DNA of 64,000 nucleotides from Alphaproteobacteria bacterium (GTDB taxonomy: Bacteria; Pseudomonadota; Alphaproteobacteria; MPNO01). The DNA lies in assembly GCA_964291675.2 (NCBI GenBank), contig OZ219866.1, forward strand, positions 2,720,001 through 2,784,000. The letters are read 5' to 3'. Below, in pieces: positions 53,359 to 62,155 of this stretch (its first letter is position 1; each line of letters begins with the position of its first letter). The translations under genes were made by a program, and so were the position numbers. The notes under the pieces are model-generated. The model was not told where the DNA came from and ran no database searches. It saw only the letters and a list, made by a program, of their open reading frames with translations.

Positions 53359-54603
53359 ATGCACCCGGTGCAGCTCTTCCACTGGCACTTCATGGCCTAC
53401 CCCTATCTGCCGGAGGATTTCGACGAGCGGTTCGACACCGGCTGGGTGACGGTGCCCAACAGCCTGTGGGACCGCGAGCGGACCGACGGGCTGTATCAGG
53501 AATATATCGACCAGCTCGCCGAGGCGGCCGGGCTCGGCTTCGACGGGCTGGTGCTGAACGAGCACCACCAGAACATCTACGGGCTGATGCCCTCGCCCAA
53601 CATCGTCGCCGCGGCGCTCACCCAGCGCACCGAGCGGGCGAAGCTGGTCGTGCTCGGCAATCTGCTGCCGCTCCACCTCAACCCGCTCCGCGTCGCCGAG
53701 GAATACGCGATGATCGATTCGATCTCGGGCGGGCGGCTGATCGCGGGCTTCGCCGTCGGCGGCGGGCCCGAGGCGTACAACTACAACATCCCCTCGCCGC
53801 AGTCGCGCCAGCGCTTCTGGGAGGCGGTCGACCTGATCCTCAGGACCTGGACCGAGGACGGGCCGTTCGAGCACGAGGGGCCGTCCTACCCGCTGCGCTA
53901 CGTCAATATCTGGCCCAAGCCGCGCCAGACGCCGCACCCCAGGGTGTGGATCCCGGGGGCCCTCAGCGCCGAGACCATGGACCATGTGGCGCGCCGCGGC
54001 TTCGACTACTTCCTGTCGTCGCGCACCCACGGGGCGGCGACCCGCCAGGCGCGCGAGCGCTTCGCCGGCATCCTCCAGCGCCACGGCGATGCCTACCACC
54101 CGTTCCGCATGGGGGTGCTGCTCTCGGTCTATGTCGGCGAGACCGACGAGCAGGCCAGGCAGGAGGCGGAGGAGGGGGTCTGGTACTTCCTCAAATACTG
54201 CCTCAAGGGCCATCTCAGGCGCACCGGGCGGACGCTCACCTTCGGCCCCGGCGTGCCGTCGCAATCGGTGCGCTCGTGGCGCGCCTATCTGGAGAACTCG
54301 ACCGCCGGCGCGCCGATGCTGGGCGATGCCGACGACTGGGAGGAGCTGGAAGCCAAGGCCTCCATCGTGGTCGGCAGCCCGGCCACGGTGCGCGAGAAGC
54401 TGTGGGACCTGATCGAGCAGGCCGAAATCGGCAATCTGCTGATCCAGTTCCATTTCGGCAACATGGCGGATGGGCTCGCGCGAAAGAGCGCCCGCCTGTT
54501 CGCCGAACAGGTGGCGCCCGAACTCCGCGCCCGCTCGGCCGAGCTGTTCGCCCGCAACTACCCGGCGCTCGCCGACCGCCCGACCGCGAGCGCCGCCGAA
54601 TGA
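53359..54603 (+). CDS. LLM-class (luciferase-like) flavin-dependent monooxygenase
   Basis: GFDGLVLNEHHQ, MPSPN, PLRVAEEYAMID, WPKPRQTPHP, VGSPATV. Confidence 0.9.
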   Translation: MHPVQLFHWHFMAYPYLPEDFDERFDTGWVTVPNSLWDRERTDGLYQEYIDQLAEAAGLGFDGLVLNEHHQNIYGLMPSPNIVAAALTQRTERAKLVVLGNLLPLHLNPLRVAEEYAMIDSISGGRLIAGFAVGGGPEAYNYNIPSPQSRQRFWEAVDLILRTWTEDGPFEHEGPSYPLRYVNIWPKPRQTPHPRVWIPGALSAETMDHVARRGFDYFLSSRTHGAATRQARERFAGILQRHGDAYHPFRMGVLLSVYVGETDEQARQEAEEGVWYFLKYCLKGHLRRTGRTLTFGPGVPSQSVRSWRAYLENSTAGAPMLGDADDWEELEAKASIVVGSPATVREKLWDLIEQAEIGNLLIQFHFGNMADGLARKSARLFAEQVAPELRARSAELFARNYPALADRPTASAAE

Positions 54604-55418
54604 GCGGCCGCGAGGTCGCCCTTCCCCGGAGCCGGACGGTCCAGATCGCCGAGGCGGGGGACGGCCCGGCCGCGGTCTATCTGCACGGCATCGCCGACAT
54701 CCACGGCGCGTCCTTCTCCTTCCTGCCGTTCCACGAGGCGCTGGCCCAACGCCTCGCGCTGATCGCGCCCGCCCATCCCGGCTGCGCCGGTAGCTCGGAG
54801 GACGAGGCGCTGGAGACCGTCGACGACCTGGTGTTCCACTATCTCGAGCTGTTCGACGCGCTCGGGCTCGGGACGCTCCGCCTCGCCGGCTCCTGCATCG
54901 GCGGCTGGATCGCGGCCGAGATCGCGGTGCGCCATCCGGAGCGAGTCGAGCGCCTCGCGCTGGTCGGCCCGACCGGGCTGTTCGTCCCCGGCGCGCCGAT
55001 CGCCGACGTGTTCTGGGAGACCCATCCGGCCGACGGGGTCTCGCTGGCCGCGCTCCGCGCGCTGCTGTTCGGCGACGCCGAGTCCGGCATCGCGCGCGCC
55101 ATGTTCCCCGATCTCCGCGGCGACATCGACCAGGAGGTGCTGCGCTACAAGCTGTTCCGCTTCGCCTCGCGCATCGGCTTCAGCCCGCCATACCTGCACA
55201 GCCGGCGCCTCGCCGAACGCCTGCCTCGCTACCGCGCCCCGGCGCTGGTGGTGCAGGGCGAGCATGACCGGCTGGTCCCCGCCCGCCACGGCGAGGCCTA
55301 TGCGGACGGGTTCGGCGACGCCCGGCTGGAGATCGTCGAGGGCGCCGGGCACAGCGCCTTCGCCGAGCGCCCGGACGCGGTCGCCGCGCTGGTCGCCGAC
55401 TTCCTCGCCGCGCCGTGA
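54600..55418 (+). CDS. Alpha/beta-fold hydrolase with Cys at the nucleophile elbow (GSCIGG)
   Basis: ATGA overlap with LLM gene; YLHG, AHPG, GSCIGGWIAAE, GEHDRLV, GAGH. Confidence 0.85.
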   Translation: MSGREVALPRSRTVQIAEAGDGPAAVYLHGIADIHGASFSFLPFHEALAQRLALIAPAHPGCAGSSEDEALETVDDLVFHYLELFDALGLGTLRLAGSCIGGWIAAEIAVRHPERVERLALVGPTGLFVPGAPIADVFWETHPADGVSLAALRALLFGDAESGIARAMFPDLRGDIDQEVLRYKLFRFASRIGFSPPYLHSRRLAERLPRYRAPALVVQGEHDRLVPARHGEAYADGFGDARLEIVEGAGHSAFAERPDAVAALVADFLAAP

Positions 55419-55936
55419 TCCGCGCGCTCGCCGACGGCGACGATCTGGAGGTAACGGCAGACCGGCCGGACATCCTCGCCGTCGTCAACGCGGCGGCCGA
55501 GGCCTATCGCGGCATCATCCCGCCCGACCGCTGGAAGGAGCCCTACATGCCGGCGGGGGAGCTCGCCGCCGAGATCGCCGCCGGCATCGCCTTCAGCGGC
55601 TGGGCGGACGAAGGCGGGCTGCAGGGCGTGATGGGCGTCCAGCCGGTGGACGACGTGATCCTGATCCGCCACGCCTATGTCCGCCCCGAGCGCCAGGGCG
55701 AGGGAATCGGCACGGCGCTGCTCGCCGCACTCTGCCGCGGCGCCGACCGCCCCATCCTGATCGGTACCTGGGCGGCGGCGGGCTGGGCGATCCGCTTCTA
55801 CGAAGCGCGCGGCTTCGCCCTGGTCGGCGAGGACGAGAAGGCGGGTCTGCTCAGGCGCTACTGGACCGTGCCGGAGCGCCAGATCGAGACCTCGGTGGTG
55901 CTGGGGGACGCGCGGTGGTTCGGGGGGCGGGGGTAG
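55415..55936 (+). CDS. GNAT family N-acetyltransferase
   Basis: HAYVRPERQGEGIGTALL, FYEARGF. Confidence 0.88.
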   Translation: MIRALADGDDLEVTADRPDILAVVNAAAEAYRGIIPPDRWKEPYMPAGELAAEIAAGIAFSGWADEGGLQGVMGVQPVDDVILIRHAYVRPERQGEGIGTALLAALCRGADRPILIGTWAAAGWAIRFYEARGFALVGEDEKAGLLRRYWTVPERQIETSVVLGDARWFGGRG

Positions 55937-56001
55937 GAAAATGCTGCGGGAGGGCGCATCCGTCTTGGATGGAACCGCCGGCACGGCCGGGGCCGTCCTC
56001 C

Positions 56002-56125
56002 CATATGCCCGGATCAAGCCCCGGACTGCGATCCGGGGCTACTCAGGATGAGGGTTGGGAGGCGGGGCGCGGGACGCCCCAAGACCCTCATCCCGAGTAG
56101 GCGCGGAGGGCCGTATCGAGTGACG
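56002..56125. repeat. Composite palindromic repeat (both REP-like families)
   Basis: GCTACTCAGGATGAGGG (56038-56054) inverted with CCCTCATCCCGAGTAGG (56085-), same family as 35451; CCCCGGA...TCCGGGG hairpin like 53158. Confidence 0.7.
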
Positions 56126-56162
56126 CCGCGGCGCATCGGTTCCATCCAAGAGCGGACACGCC

Positions 56163-56591
56163 CTACCGGCCCGTTTCCCCCGCAACGCCGTCCCACCGCG
56201 GCCGCCCGTCCTTGCGGCCGTTCTCGCGCGCCGCCCTGGCCTTGGCGGACGAGCGGGACCTGCCGCCCGCCGCGCCGAGATGCGCGGCCATCCAGCGCCG
56301 CGAGCCGAGGACGCCCCGCAGCAGGGCCGGAAGGTAGAGATCGGCGTCGAGTCTCGGCCAGTGCAGGCCGAGCCCGCTCGGGCTGAGCTCGATCTCGGCC
56401 AGGTCTTCGGACGAGGCGCCGTCCAGCCCCTCCGCGAGTTCTGGGGGAAAGGCGATTTCGATGCCGGTGTTCAACTTCACGACGACCCGCCGCCTCCGCC
56501 GGTCGTAGCGGGCGGACAGCGCATGGCCGGCATCGCGCTTTTTCTGCATTCGTGCCGCTGCCCGTTCCAGCTCGCGATCGGTCACCGACAT
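56163..56591 (-). CDS. DUF2442 domain protein (putative antitoxin-like)
   Basis: IELSPSGLGLHWPRLDADLYLPALL...GSRRWM, KARAARENGRKDGRPR. Confidence 0.85.
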   Translation of the reverse strand: MSVTDRELERAAARMQKKRDAGHALSARYDRRRRRVVVKLNTGIEIAFPPELAEGLDGASSEDLAEIELSPSGLGLHWPRLDADLYLPALLRGVLGSRRWMAAHLGAAGGRSRSSAKARAARENGRKDGRPRWDGVAGETGR

Positions 56592-56689
56592 GGATGCTTC
56601 TCCGGTGCTCGCTCGGTATCCGCGGCGCTCCGGCCGGCGCCGCGCCGGATATTCTAACCGATCCGCCGCCTCGCTGGCGGAAAGGCCGC

Positions 56690-56812
56690 ATGGATGGCCG
56701 GATCAAGTCCGGCCATGACGGGGTGGGGGTGGCGGTGGAGGAGTACGGGAGCCGGGTGCGACCCGCCCCGAAGGCCAAACCCGACGGCAGCGGAACATGT
56801 CCGGCCACGACG
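56690..56812. repeat. REP-like hairpin repeats
   Basis: ATGGATGGCCGGATCAAGTCCGGCCATGACG (56690-56720) plus degenerate copy at 56791-56812. Confidence 0.7.
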
Positions 56813-56859
56813 ACATGCGGGAGAGGCGCGGCCGGAGAGACCGCACGCCGGCCGCCCCC

Positions 56860-57744
56860 CTACATCTCCGTCCGCACCGCCCAGAGCTCGGGGAACAGGC
56901 GGATGGCGGTGGCCCGGGTCAGATAGCCGACGCCGCTGGTGCCGCCGGTGCCGATCTTGTGGCCGATCACCCGCTCGACGGCGTTGCGGTGGCGGAACCG
57001 CCAGGTCTGGAACAGGTCGTCGATATCGATCAGGTGTTCGGCGAGCTCGTAGAGCTCCCAGTTGCGCGGGCTGGAGCGGTAGATGTCGCGCCACGCCGCC
57101 ATGACGGACCCGTCGGGCTCGCGCCTCTGCGACCAGTCGCGCTCCAGCACCGCGCCGTCGATCGCATGGCCGCGCCGGGCCAGCAGCATCACCACCTCGT
57201 CGTAGAGGCTCGGCCGTTCGAGCAGCGCCACGAGCCGGGCGGCGATCTCGGGCATGTCGGCGAACGGGGCGATGGTCTCGCGCTGCTTGTTGCCGAACAC
57301 GAACTCGATCGAACGGTACTGGAAGGACTGGAAGCCGGAAGAGCGGCCGAGCCCGTCGCGGAACTTCAGATAGTCGGCCGGGGTCATGGTGGTCAGGATG
57401 TGCCAGGCCTGGATCAGGTTCTCCTGGATGCGCTTGACCCGGGCGAAGATCTTGAAGGCCGGGCGCAATTCGTCGTCGCGGACAAGCGGGAAGGCGGCCT
57501 CGAGCTCGTGCAGCATCAGCTTCATCCACAGCTCCTTGACCTGGTGCAGGATGAAGAACAGCGCCTCGTCATGCGCGCCGGTGATCGAGGGCTGGGCGTT
57601 GAGGATCTTGTCGAGCTCGAGGAAGTCGTGATAGCTGCGCCCGCCCTGGAGGTCGGTGTGGAAGGTCTCGCCGGCGAACTCCTGGCCGAGCCGGGCGTCG
57701 CCGCGGGTCTGCGCGCCGGGCGCGCTGTCGTCTCGCTCGGTCAT
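56860..57744 (-). CDS. kynA: Tryptophan 2,3-dioxygenase
   Basis: SYHDFLELDKIL, HDEALFFILHQVKELW, SSGFQSFQYR, WRFRH, GTGGTSG.GYL, FPELW. Confidence 0.95.
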   Translation of the reverse strand: MTERDDSAPGAQTRGDARLGQEFAGETFHTDLQGGRSYHDFLELDKILNAQPSITGAHDEALFFILHQVKELWMKLMLHELEAAFPLVRDDELRPAFKIFARVKRIQENLIQAWHILTTMTPADYLKFRDGLGRSSGFQSFQYRSIEFVFGNKQRETIAPFADMPEIAARLVALLERPSLYDEVVMLLARRGHAIDGAVLERDWSQRREPDGSVMAAWRDIYRSSPRNWELYELAEHLIDIDDLFQTWRFRHRNAVERVIGHKIGTGGTSGVGYLTRATAIRLFPELWAVRTEM

Positions 57745-57778
57745 GCCGTTCCCGCCGCCGCCCCGGGCGGCCAGGGGC

Positions 57779-58798
57779 TCACTCGTACTTCGCGGCCGCT
57801 TCCTTGAGCATGTCGTAGACCTTCTTCACCTCCGGCAGGTCCTCGACCACCGCCTCGCCCACCTGCGACAGGCGCCGGCGCATCTCGGCCCGGTCCTCCG
57901 GCGAGAGGTCGTAGATGTTGGCGCCGTTGTCCTTCCAGATCTTCTCGTTCTTCGCGAGGAACGCCTCGCTGAAGGCGAGCGTCTCCCAATCGGTGTTCTG
58001 GCCCTCTTCCATGACGATCTGGCGGATATCCGCGGGAAGCTTCCTGAGGAAAGCCGGGTTGGTGACGGTCTCCACGCAGATCACCGATTCCAGCGTCCGG
58101 GTGAGGTGCTTGGTGACCGACCAGTACTTGAAGGTGACGAAGATCGCGAGGCCGCTCTTCATCCCGTCGACCGTGCCGCGCTGCAGCGCCTGCAACGCTT
58201 CCAGCAGAGGGATGGGGGCCGCCGCGCCGCCCAGCCGGCGCACCGTCTCGCGCTCGATGGCGCTCGCGAAGACGCGGATCTTCTTGCCCTTGAAGTCGTC
58301 GAGCTTGAGGATCGGCCGGCGCGAGACATAGTGCGCGAGGTCGCCGCAATAGATCCCGACCCCGGTGATGCCCTTCTTGTCGGCCATCGAGAAGAACATC
58401 TTCTTGAACGCGGGGTCGTGCAGCGAGTTCTGCGCGTGGCGCAGGTCGCGGAAGATGCCGGGCGAGGATGTCACCATGAAGCGCTTGTCGATGCCGACGA
58501 AGAAGTCGGGCGGCAGCAGCGTCATCTCTTGGGTGCCGAGCTGGACGCCCTCGATCTGGCGGTGAATGCCGCCGAGCTGGCCGGCCGGGAACACCCGCAC
58601 GTCCACCCGGTTGCCGATGCGCCGCTCCACGTTCTTCTCGAAGTTGATCATCCACTGGTGGACGGTGTCCTTGATCGTGACCGAGCCGATCTTGATCTCG
58701 ATCTTGTCCTTGGCCCATGCGCCCGGGGCGAGAACCAGCGACGCGGCGAGCGATGCGGCGAACATGCGGGTGGGGGTGAGCATCGAAACCTTCTCCAT
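57779..58798 (-). CDS. dctP: TRAP transporter substrate-binding protein DctP (orphan)
   Basis: Signal peptide; VFPAGQLG, DDFKGKKIRV, ALQRGTVDG; start uncertain (58798 or 58783). Confidence 0.85.
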   Translation of the reverse strand: MEKVSMLTPTRMFAASLAASLVLAPGAWAKDKIEIKIGSVTIKDTVHQWMINFEKNVERRIGNRVDVRVFPAGQLGGIHRQIEGVQLGTQEMTLLPPDFFVGIDKRFMVTSSPGIFRDLRHAQNSLHDPAFKKMFFSMADKKGITGVGIYCGDLAHYVSRRPILKLDDFKGKKIRVFASAIERETVRRLGGAAAPIPLLEALQALQRGTVDGMKSGLAIFVTFKYWSVTKHLTRTLESVICVETVTNPAFLRKLPADIRQIVMEEGQNTDWETLAFSEAFLAKNEKIWKDNGANIYDLSPEDRAEMRRRLSQVGEAVVEDLPEVKKVYDMLKEAAAKYE

Positions 58799-59087
58799 CT
58801 GCGGACCGGCCCGCCGGGCGGATCGTGCGCGGCTGCGCCGAAGCGCAAACGATGACATCGCCCGTGCCCGCTTGCAAACGCCGCCCCGACGCCGCCGAGC
58901 TGGACCGGTCGGATGAGCGGGGGTTTCGCGAGCGCTACGCGCTCACGCCGCTGGTCCCCCGCGCGCGGGACCCCGGCGACCCCGGGCGCTGGCAGACGGT
59001 CTGCGGAAAGCCCCTCGCGGCCCTCGCGCAAGGCTGGAGGTCGACGCTCGGCGGGTAGGGGCGGGATGTCCGGCCGCCGAGCTGTCG

Positions 59088-59516
59088 CTACTCCAGGCGG
59101 ATCGCCCGTAATGGTTCGAACCGGTCGAAATCCCGGTCGTTCGTCAGCACGGTGTCGATTCCGTGTTCAAGGCACAGGGCCGCGATCTGGGCGTCGAACA
59201 TCAGATTGCCGCGCGTCTGCGCCCGCCGGGCGGTGTCGATCAGGATTTCGATGAACTCCGCGCCGGGGCGTACGATCTCGCAGCTCGGAGCGGAAGCGAT
59301 CCCCTCGACGAACGCGGTCGCCTGCGCGACCGTGGAGGCCGGGTTGAACACGCGCGGGTGCGTGACGACCCGCAGGAATTCGGTCACGCAGAACACCGGC
59401 AGAGCCCATCTCTCCGCCCCTTCGGCCAGGATGACGAGCCTCGACGCGGCTGCCTCATGCAGCGCCGTCTCGCCCCGATGCGCACATATCAGAATGTTCG
59501 TATCGAGCGCGATCAC
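59088..59516 (-). CDS. vapC: VapC family PIN-domain toxin
   Basis: IALDTNIL, EFLRVVTHPR, GNLMFDAQIAA, TNDRDFDRF. Confidence 0.92.
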   Translation of the reverse strand: MIALDTNILICAHRGETALHEAAASRLVILAEGAERWALPVFCVTEFLRVVTHPRVFNPASTVAQATAFVEGIASAPSCEIVRPGAEFIEILIDTARRAQTRGNLMFDAQIAALCLEHGIDTVLTNDRDFDRFEPLRAIRLE

Positions 59517-59749
59517 GCGCCGTCGATCACGTCATAGAGGGCGTTCCGGTCGGCAACGTCCACGTTGGGCGGCGCGTAACCGGTCACCGTCGCCAGCTTG
59601 AGCCGGTAACCCCGCGCCCCGCCGCGCGGCTCGGACAGACGGGCGCGCAGCGCGTCCTCCACGAACCGGGTGAGTGTGATACCGTCCCGCGCCGCGCGCC
59701 GCTTCGCCAGGCGCAGCACCCGATCGTTCAGATTGAGCGTCGTCTTCAT
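59513..59749 (-). CDS. vapB: VapB-type RHH antitoxin
   Basis: MKTTLNLNDRVLRLAKRRAA...TLTRFVEDALR; 4-bp overlap with vapC. Confidence 0.88.
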   Translation of the reverse strand: MKTTLNLNDRVLRLAKRRAARDGITLTRFVEDALRARLSEPRGGARGYRLKLATVTGYAPPNVDVADRNALYDVIDGA

Positions 59750-59892
59750 CGCGGATCGGCCGGGACGGTTGCGTATGGCTGAACCATATCGCCGGCGGAA
59801 ACACATGGAAAGCGGTTCCGCAGGCTTTGCCGCCCGGCGCGGCGGCGGTCACAATATCCGCGGGCCGGGCGCGCCGGCCGGGAGGGGGTGCG

Positions 59893-61107
59893 ATGGCGGA
59901 GGACAGGCTCGCGCTGAGGCGGCGCTACCCGACGGCGCAGGATCTGCGCCGGCGGGCGCGCCGCGTGCTGCCGCGCTTCGCCTTCGAGTACATGGACGGC
60001 GGCGCGGGCGCCGATACCGGCATCGCCCGCAACTGGGCCGCGTTCGACGACGTGCAGCTTGTGCCCCGCTACGCCCGTGTGATCGAGCCGCCGGCGGGCG
60101 ACACCGAGCTGTTCGGCCGCGCCTATGCCGCGCCCATCGGGATCGCGCCGATCGGCGGGCCGGGCACGGTGCTGCCGGGCGCCGAGACCTATTTGGCGAA
60201 GGCCGCCCAGGCGGCGCGCGTGCCCTATACGCTGGGCGCGCTGTCGGGCATCGATGTCGAGCGGGCGGCCGGGCTCGCGCCCGACGTGCTGTGGTTCCAG
60301 CTCTACCGGTTCTGGCGCGACGACCACCGGATCGGCTTCGATCTCGCGCGCCGCGCCGCCGACGCCGGCGCCCAGGCGCTGGTGCTGACCGTCGACACGC
60401 CGATCCGCACCACCAGGCCGCGCGAGGTGAAGAGCGGGATATCCAACCCCTTCCGGCTGACCGCCCGGCTGCGCCTCCAGGCCCTGTCGTCGCCGCGCTG
60501 GTTCGCCGCGCTGCTGCGCAACGGCATCCCGCGCTTCGTGTCGCTCGCCCCCTATATCGGCGGCAACCCCGGCTTCGCCGAGACCGCTTCGTTCGTCGAG
60601 CGCGAGTTCGGCGGCGCCTTCACCTGGGAGGAGATCGCGCGCTATCGCGACAGGTGGAAGAAGCCGCTGGTGCTCAAGGGCGTGCTCCACCCCGACGACG
60701 CCGAGCGCGCGGTCTCGCTCGGGCTCGACGGGATCTTCGTCTCCAACCACGGCGGGCGGCAGATCGACGCGCTGCCGCCGCCGATCGACCTGCTTCCGGC
60801 GATCGCCGCGCGGGTCGGCGGGCGGGCGACGATCGTCGTCGACAGCGGCGTCCGGTCCGGCGTCGACGTGGCGCGCGGCATCGCGCTCGGCGCCGATGCG
60901 GCCTTCGCCGGCAAGGCGTTCCTGTGGAGCCTCGGCGCGCTCGGCGCGCGCGGGCCGGGACACCTGATCGATCTGTTCGCGGACGACCTGCGCGCCACCC
61001 TCGGCCAGCTCGGCTGCGCCAATCTGGAAGAGCTCCGCTCGGTCGTCGTGCGCCACGACCGCGCGGTCGAGATCGGCGATTGCCGGGCGGAGGGCGGTCC
61101 GGGGTGA
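59893..61107 (+). CDS. FMN-dependent alpha-hydroxy acid dehydrogenase/oxidase (LldD-like)
   Basis: FEYMDGGAG, WFQLY, LTVDTP, LKGV, SNHGGRQ, DSGVRSGVD. Confidence 0.92.
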   Translation: MAEDRLALRRRYPTAQDLRRRARRVLPRFAFEYMDGGAGADTGIARNWAAFDDVQLVPRYARVIEPPAGDTELFGRAYAAPIGIAPIGGPGTVLPGAETYLAKAAQAARVPYTLGALSGIDVERAAGLAPDVLWFQLYRFWRDDHRIGFDLARRAADAGAQALVLTVDTPIRTTRPREVKSGISNPFRLTARLRLQALSSPRWFAALLRNGIPRFVSLAPYIGGNPGFAETASFVEREFGGAFTWEEIARYRDRWKKPLVLKGVLHPDDAERAVSLGLDGIFVSNHGGRQIDALPPPIDLLPAIAARVGGRATIVVDSGVRSGVDVARGIALGADAAFAGKAFLWSLGALGARGPGHLIDLFADDLRATLGQLGCANLEELRSVVVRHDRAVEIGDCRAEGGPG

Positions 61108-61138
61108 GTCTTCTCCGCCGCCTGTCCCGCCCGCGGCG

Positions 61139-61558
61139 TCAGCCGCCGAAATAGGCGATGACCTCGGCCGGGATCTCCGCCGCCTTCAGCCGGCCCGAAC
61201 CGTCCGGGTGGCGGATGCCCCAGAACCGGATATCGGTGGCCTCGACGGCGATCCTGCCGGAATTGGTGAGCGTGTGGGTCATCTCCAGCGTCTTGCGCCG
61301 GAAGCCCGCGATCCGGGTCTCGATCTGGAGCGCATCGTGCAGCCGGCACGGGCCCTTGAAGGCGGCGCGGGTGTCGACCAGCGGCAGCCCGACGATGCCG
61401 TGCGCCGCCTCGAGCTCGCGCAACGGCCATCCGGCGGTGTCGAAGAACTTCCACATCGCGGTGTCGAACCAGCGGAAATAGTTGGGGTAGTAGACCGCGC
61501 CGGACGGCGCGCAGTCGCCCCAGCCCACGGTGATGGAGAGCGTGCCGGTATATTTCAC
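61139..61558 (-). CDS. 4-hydroxybenzoyl-CoA thioesterase (4HBT) family protein
   Basis: VGWGDCAPSGAVYYPNYFRWFD hotdog motif. Confidence 0.85.
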   Translation of the reverse strand: MKYTGTLSITVGWGDCAPSGAVYYPNYFRWFDTAMWKFFDTAGWPLRELEAAHGIVGLPLVDTRAAFKGPCRLHDALQIETRIAGFRRKTLEMTHTLTNSGRIAVEATDIRFWGIRHPDGSGRLKAAEIPAEVIAYFGG

Positions 61559-61603
61559 GCGGGATCCTTCGCTCCGGGATGGCGATGCGCGAGATGCCGC
61601 GCC

Positions 61604-61685
61604 GTCTGTTGACAGGACTTCGGGCGAGCCAAATACTTGCCGCGCAAATCCAGTATTCGGCCCGCCTCCGGCACTGTCAACGGAC
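61604..61685. promoter_or_regulatory. Face-to-face sigma70-type promoters with a central MarR-like palindrome
   Basis: + strand TTGACA(61609-14)-N17-AATACT(61632-37); - strand TTGACA(61680-75)-N17-AATACT(61657-52); TTGC-CGC-GCAA at 61637-61647. Confidence 0.7.
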
Positions 61686-61719
61686 CGGGCTTTTCGGGGC
61701 GGCAGTTCGGGGACGAGGC

Positions 61720-62148
61720 ATGATCAAGATCACCGGTTTCGAGCACATTTCCATCGGCGCGGCCGATACCGAGCCCTCGGCGAGCGTGCTCGCGCTGTTC
61801 GGCATCAAGCCGCTCTACGGCGAGGACATCCATCCGCACGGGGTGACCACGACCTATTACGAGCACGAGGACTACGAGCAGACCCGCGTGCGCTTCGAGA
61901 TCATCCGCCCGGCCGACGAGAAGGCCCCGCTCAACCATTTTCTCGAGAAGAGAGGGCCCGGGATCCATCACATCTGCCTGCAGGTGGAGGATCTGGAAGA
62001 CGCCATGCGGCAGATCAGGGATGCGGGCGGGCAGCTCGTCGAGCCGGTGTTCGACGATTCGCGCGGCCGCCACGTGTTCGTCCATCCCAAATCCACCGGC
62101 GGGTATCTGCTTGGCCTGATCGAGCTGCACCCGGACCAGAAACCCTAG
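61720..62148 (+). CDS. VOC family protein, methylmalonyl-CoA epimerase-like
   Basis: EHISIG, FEIIRP, FLEKRGPGIHHICLQV, FVHPKSTGGYLLGLIE. Confidence 0.85.
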   Translation: MIKITGFEHISIGAADTEPSASVLALFGIKPLYGEDIHPHGVTTTYYEHEDYEQTRVRFEIIRPADEKAPLNHFLEKRGPGIHHICLQVEDLEDAMRQIRDAGGQLVEPVFDDSRGRHVFVHPKSTGGYLLGLIELHPDQKP

Positions 62149-62155
62149 GCGTTCG

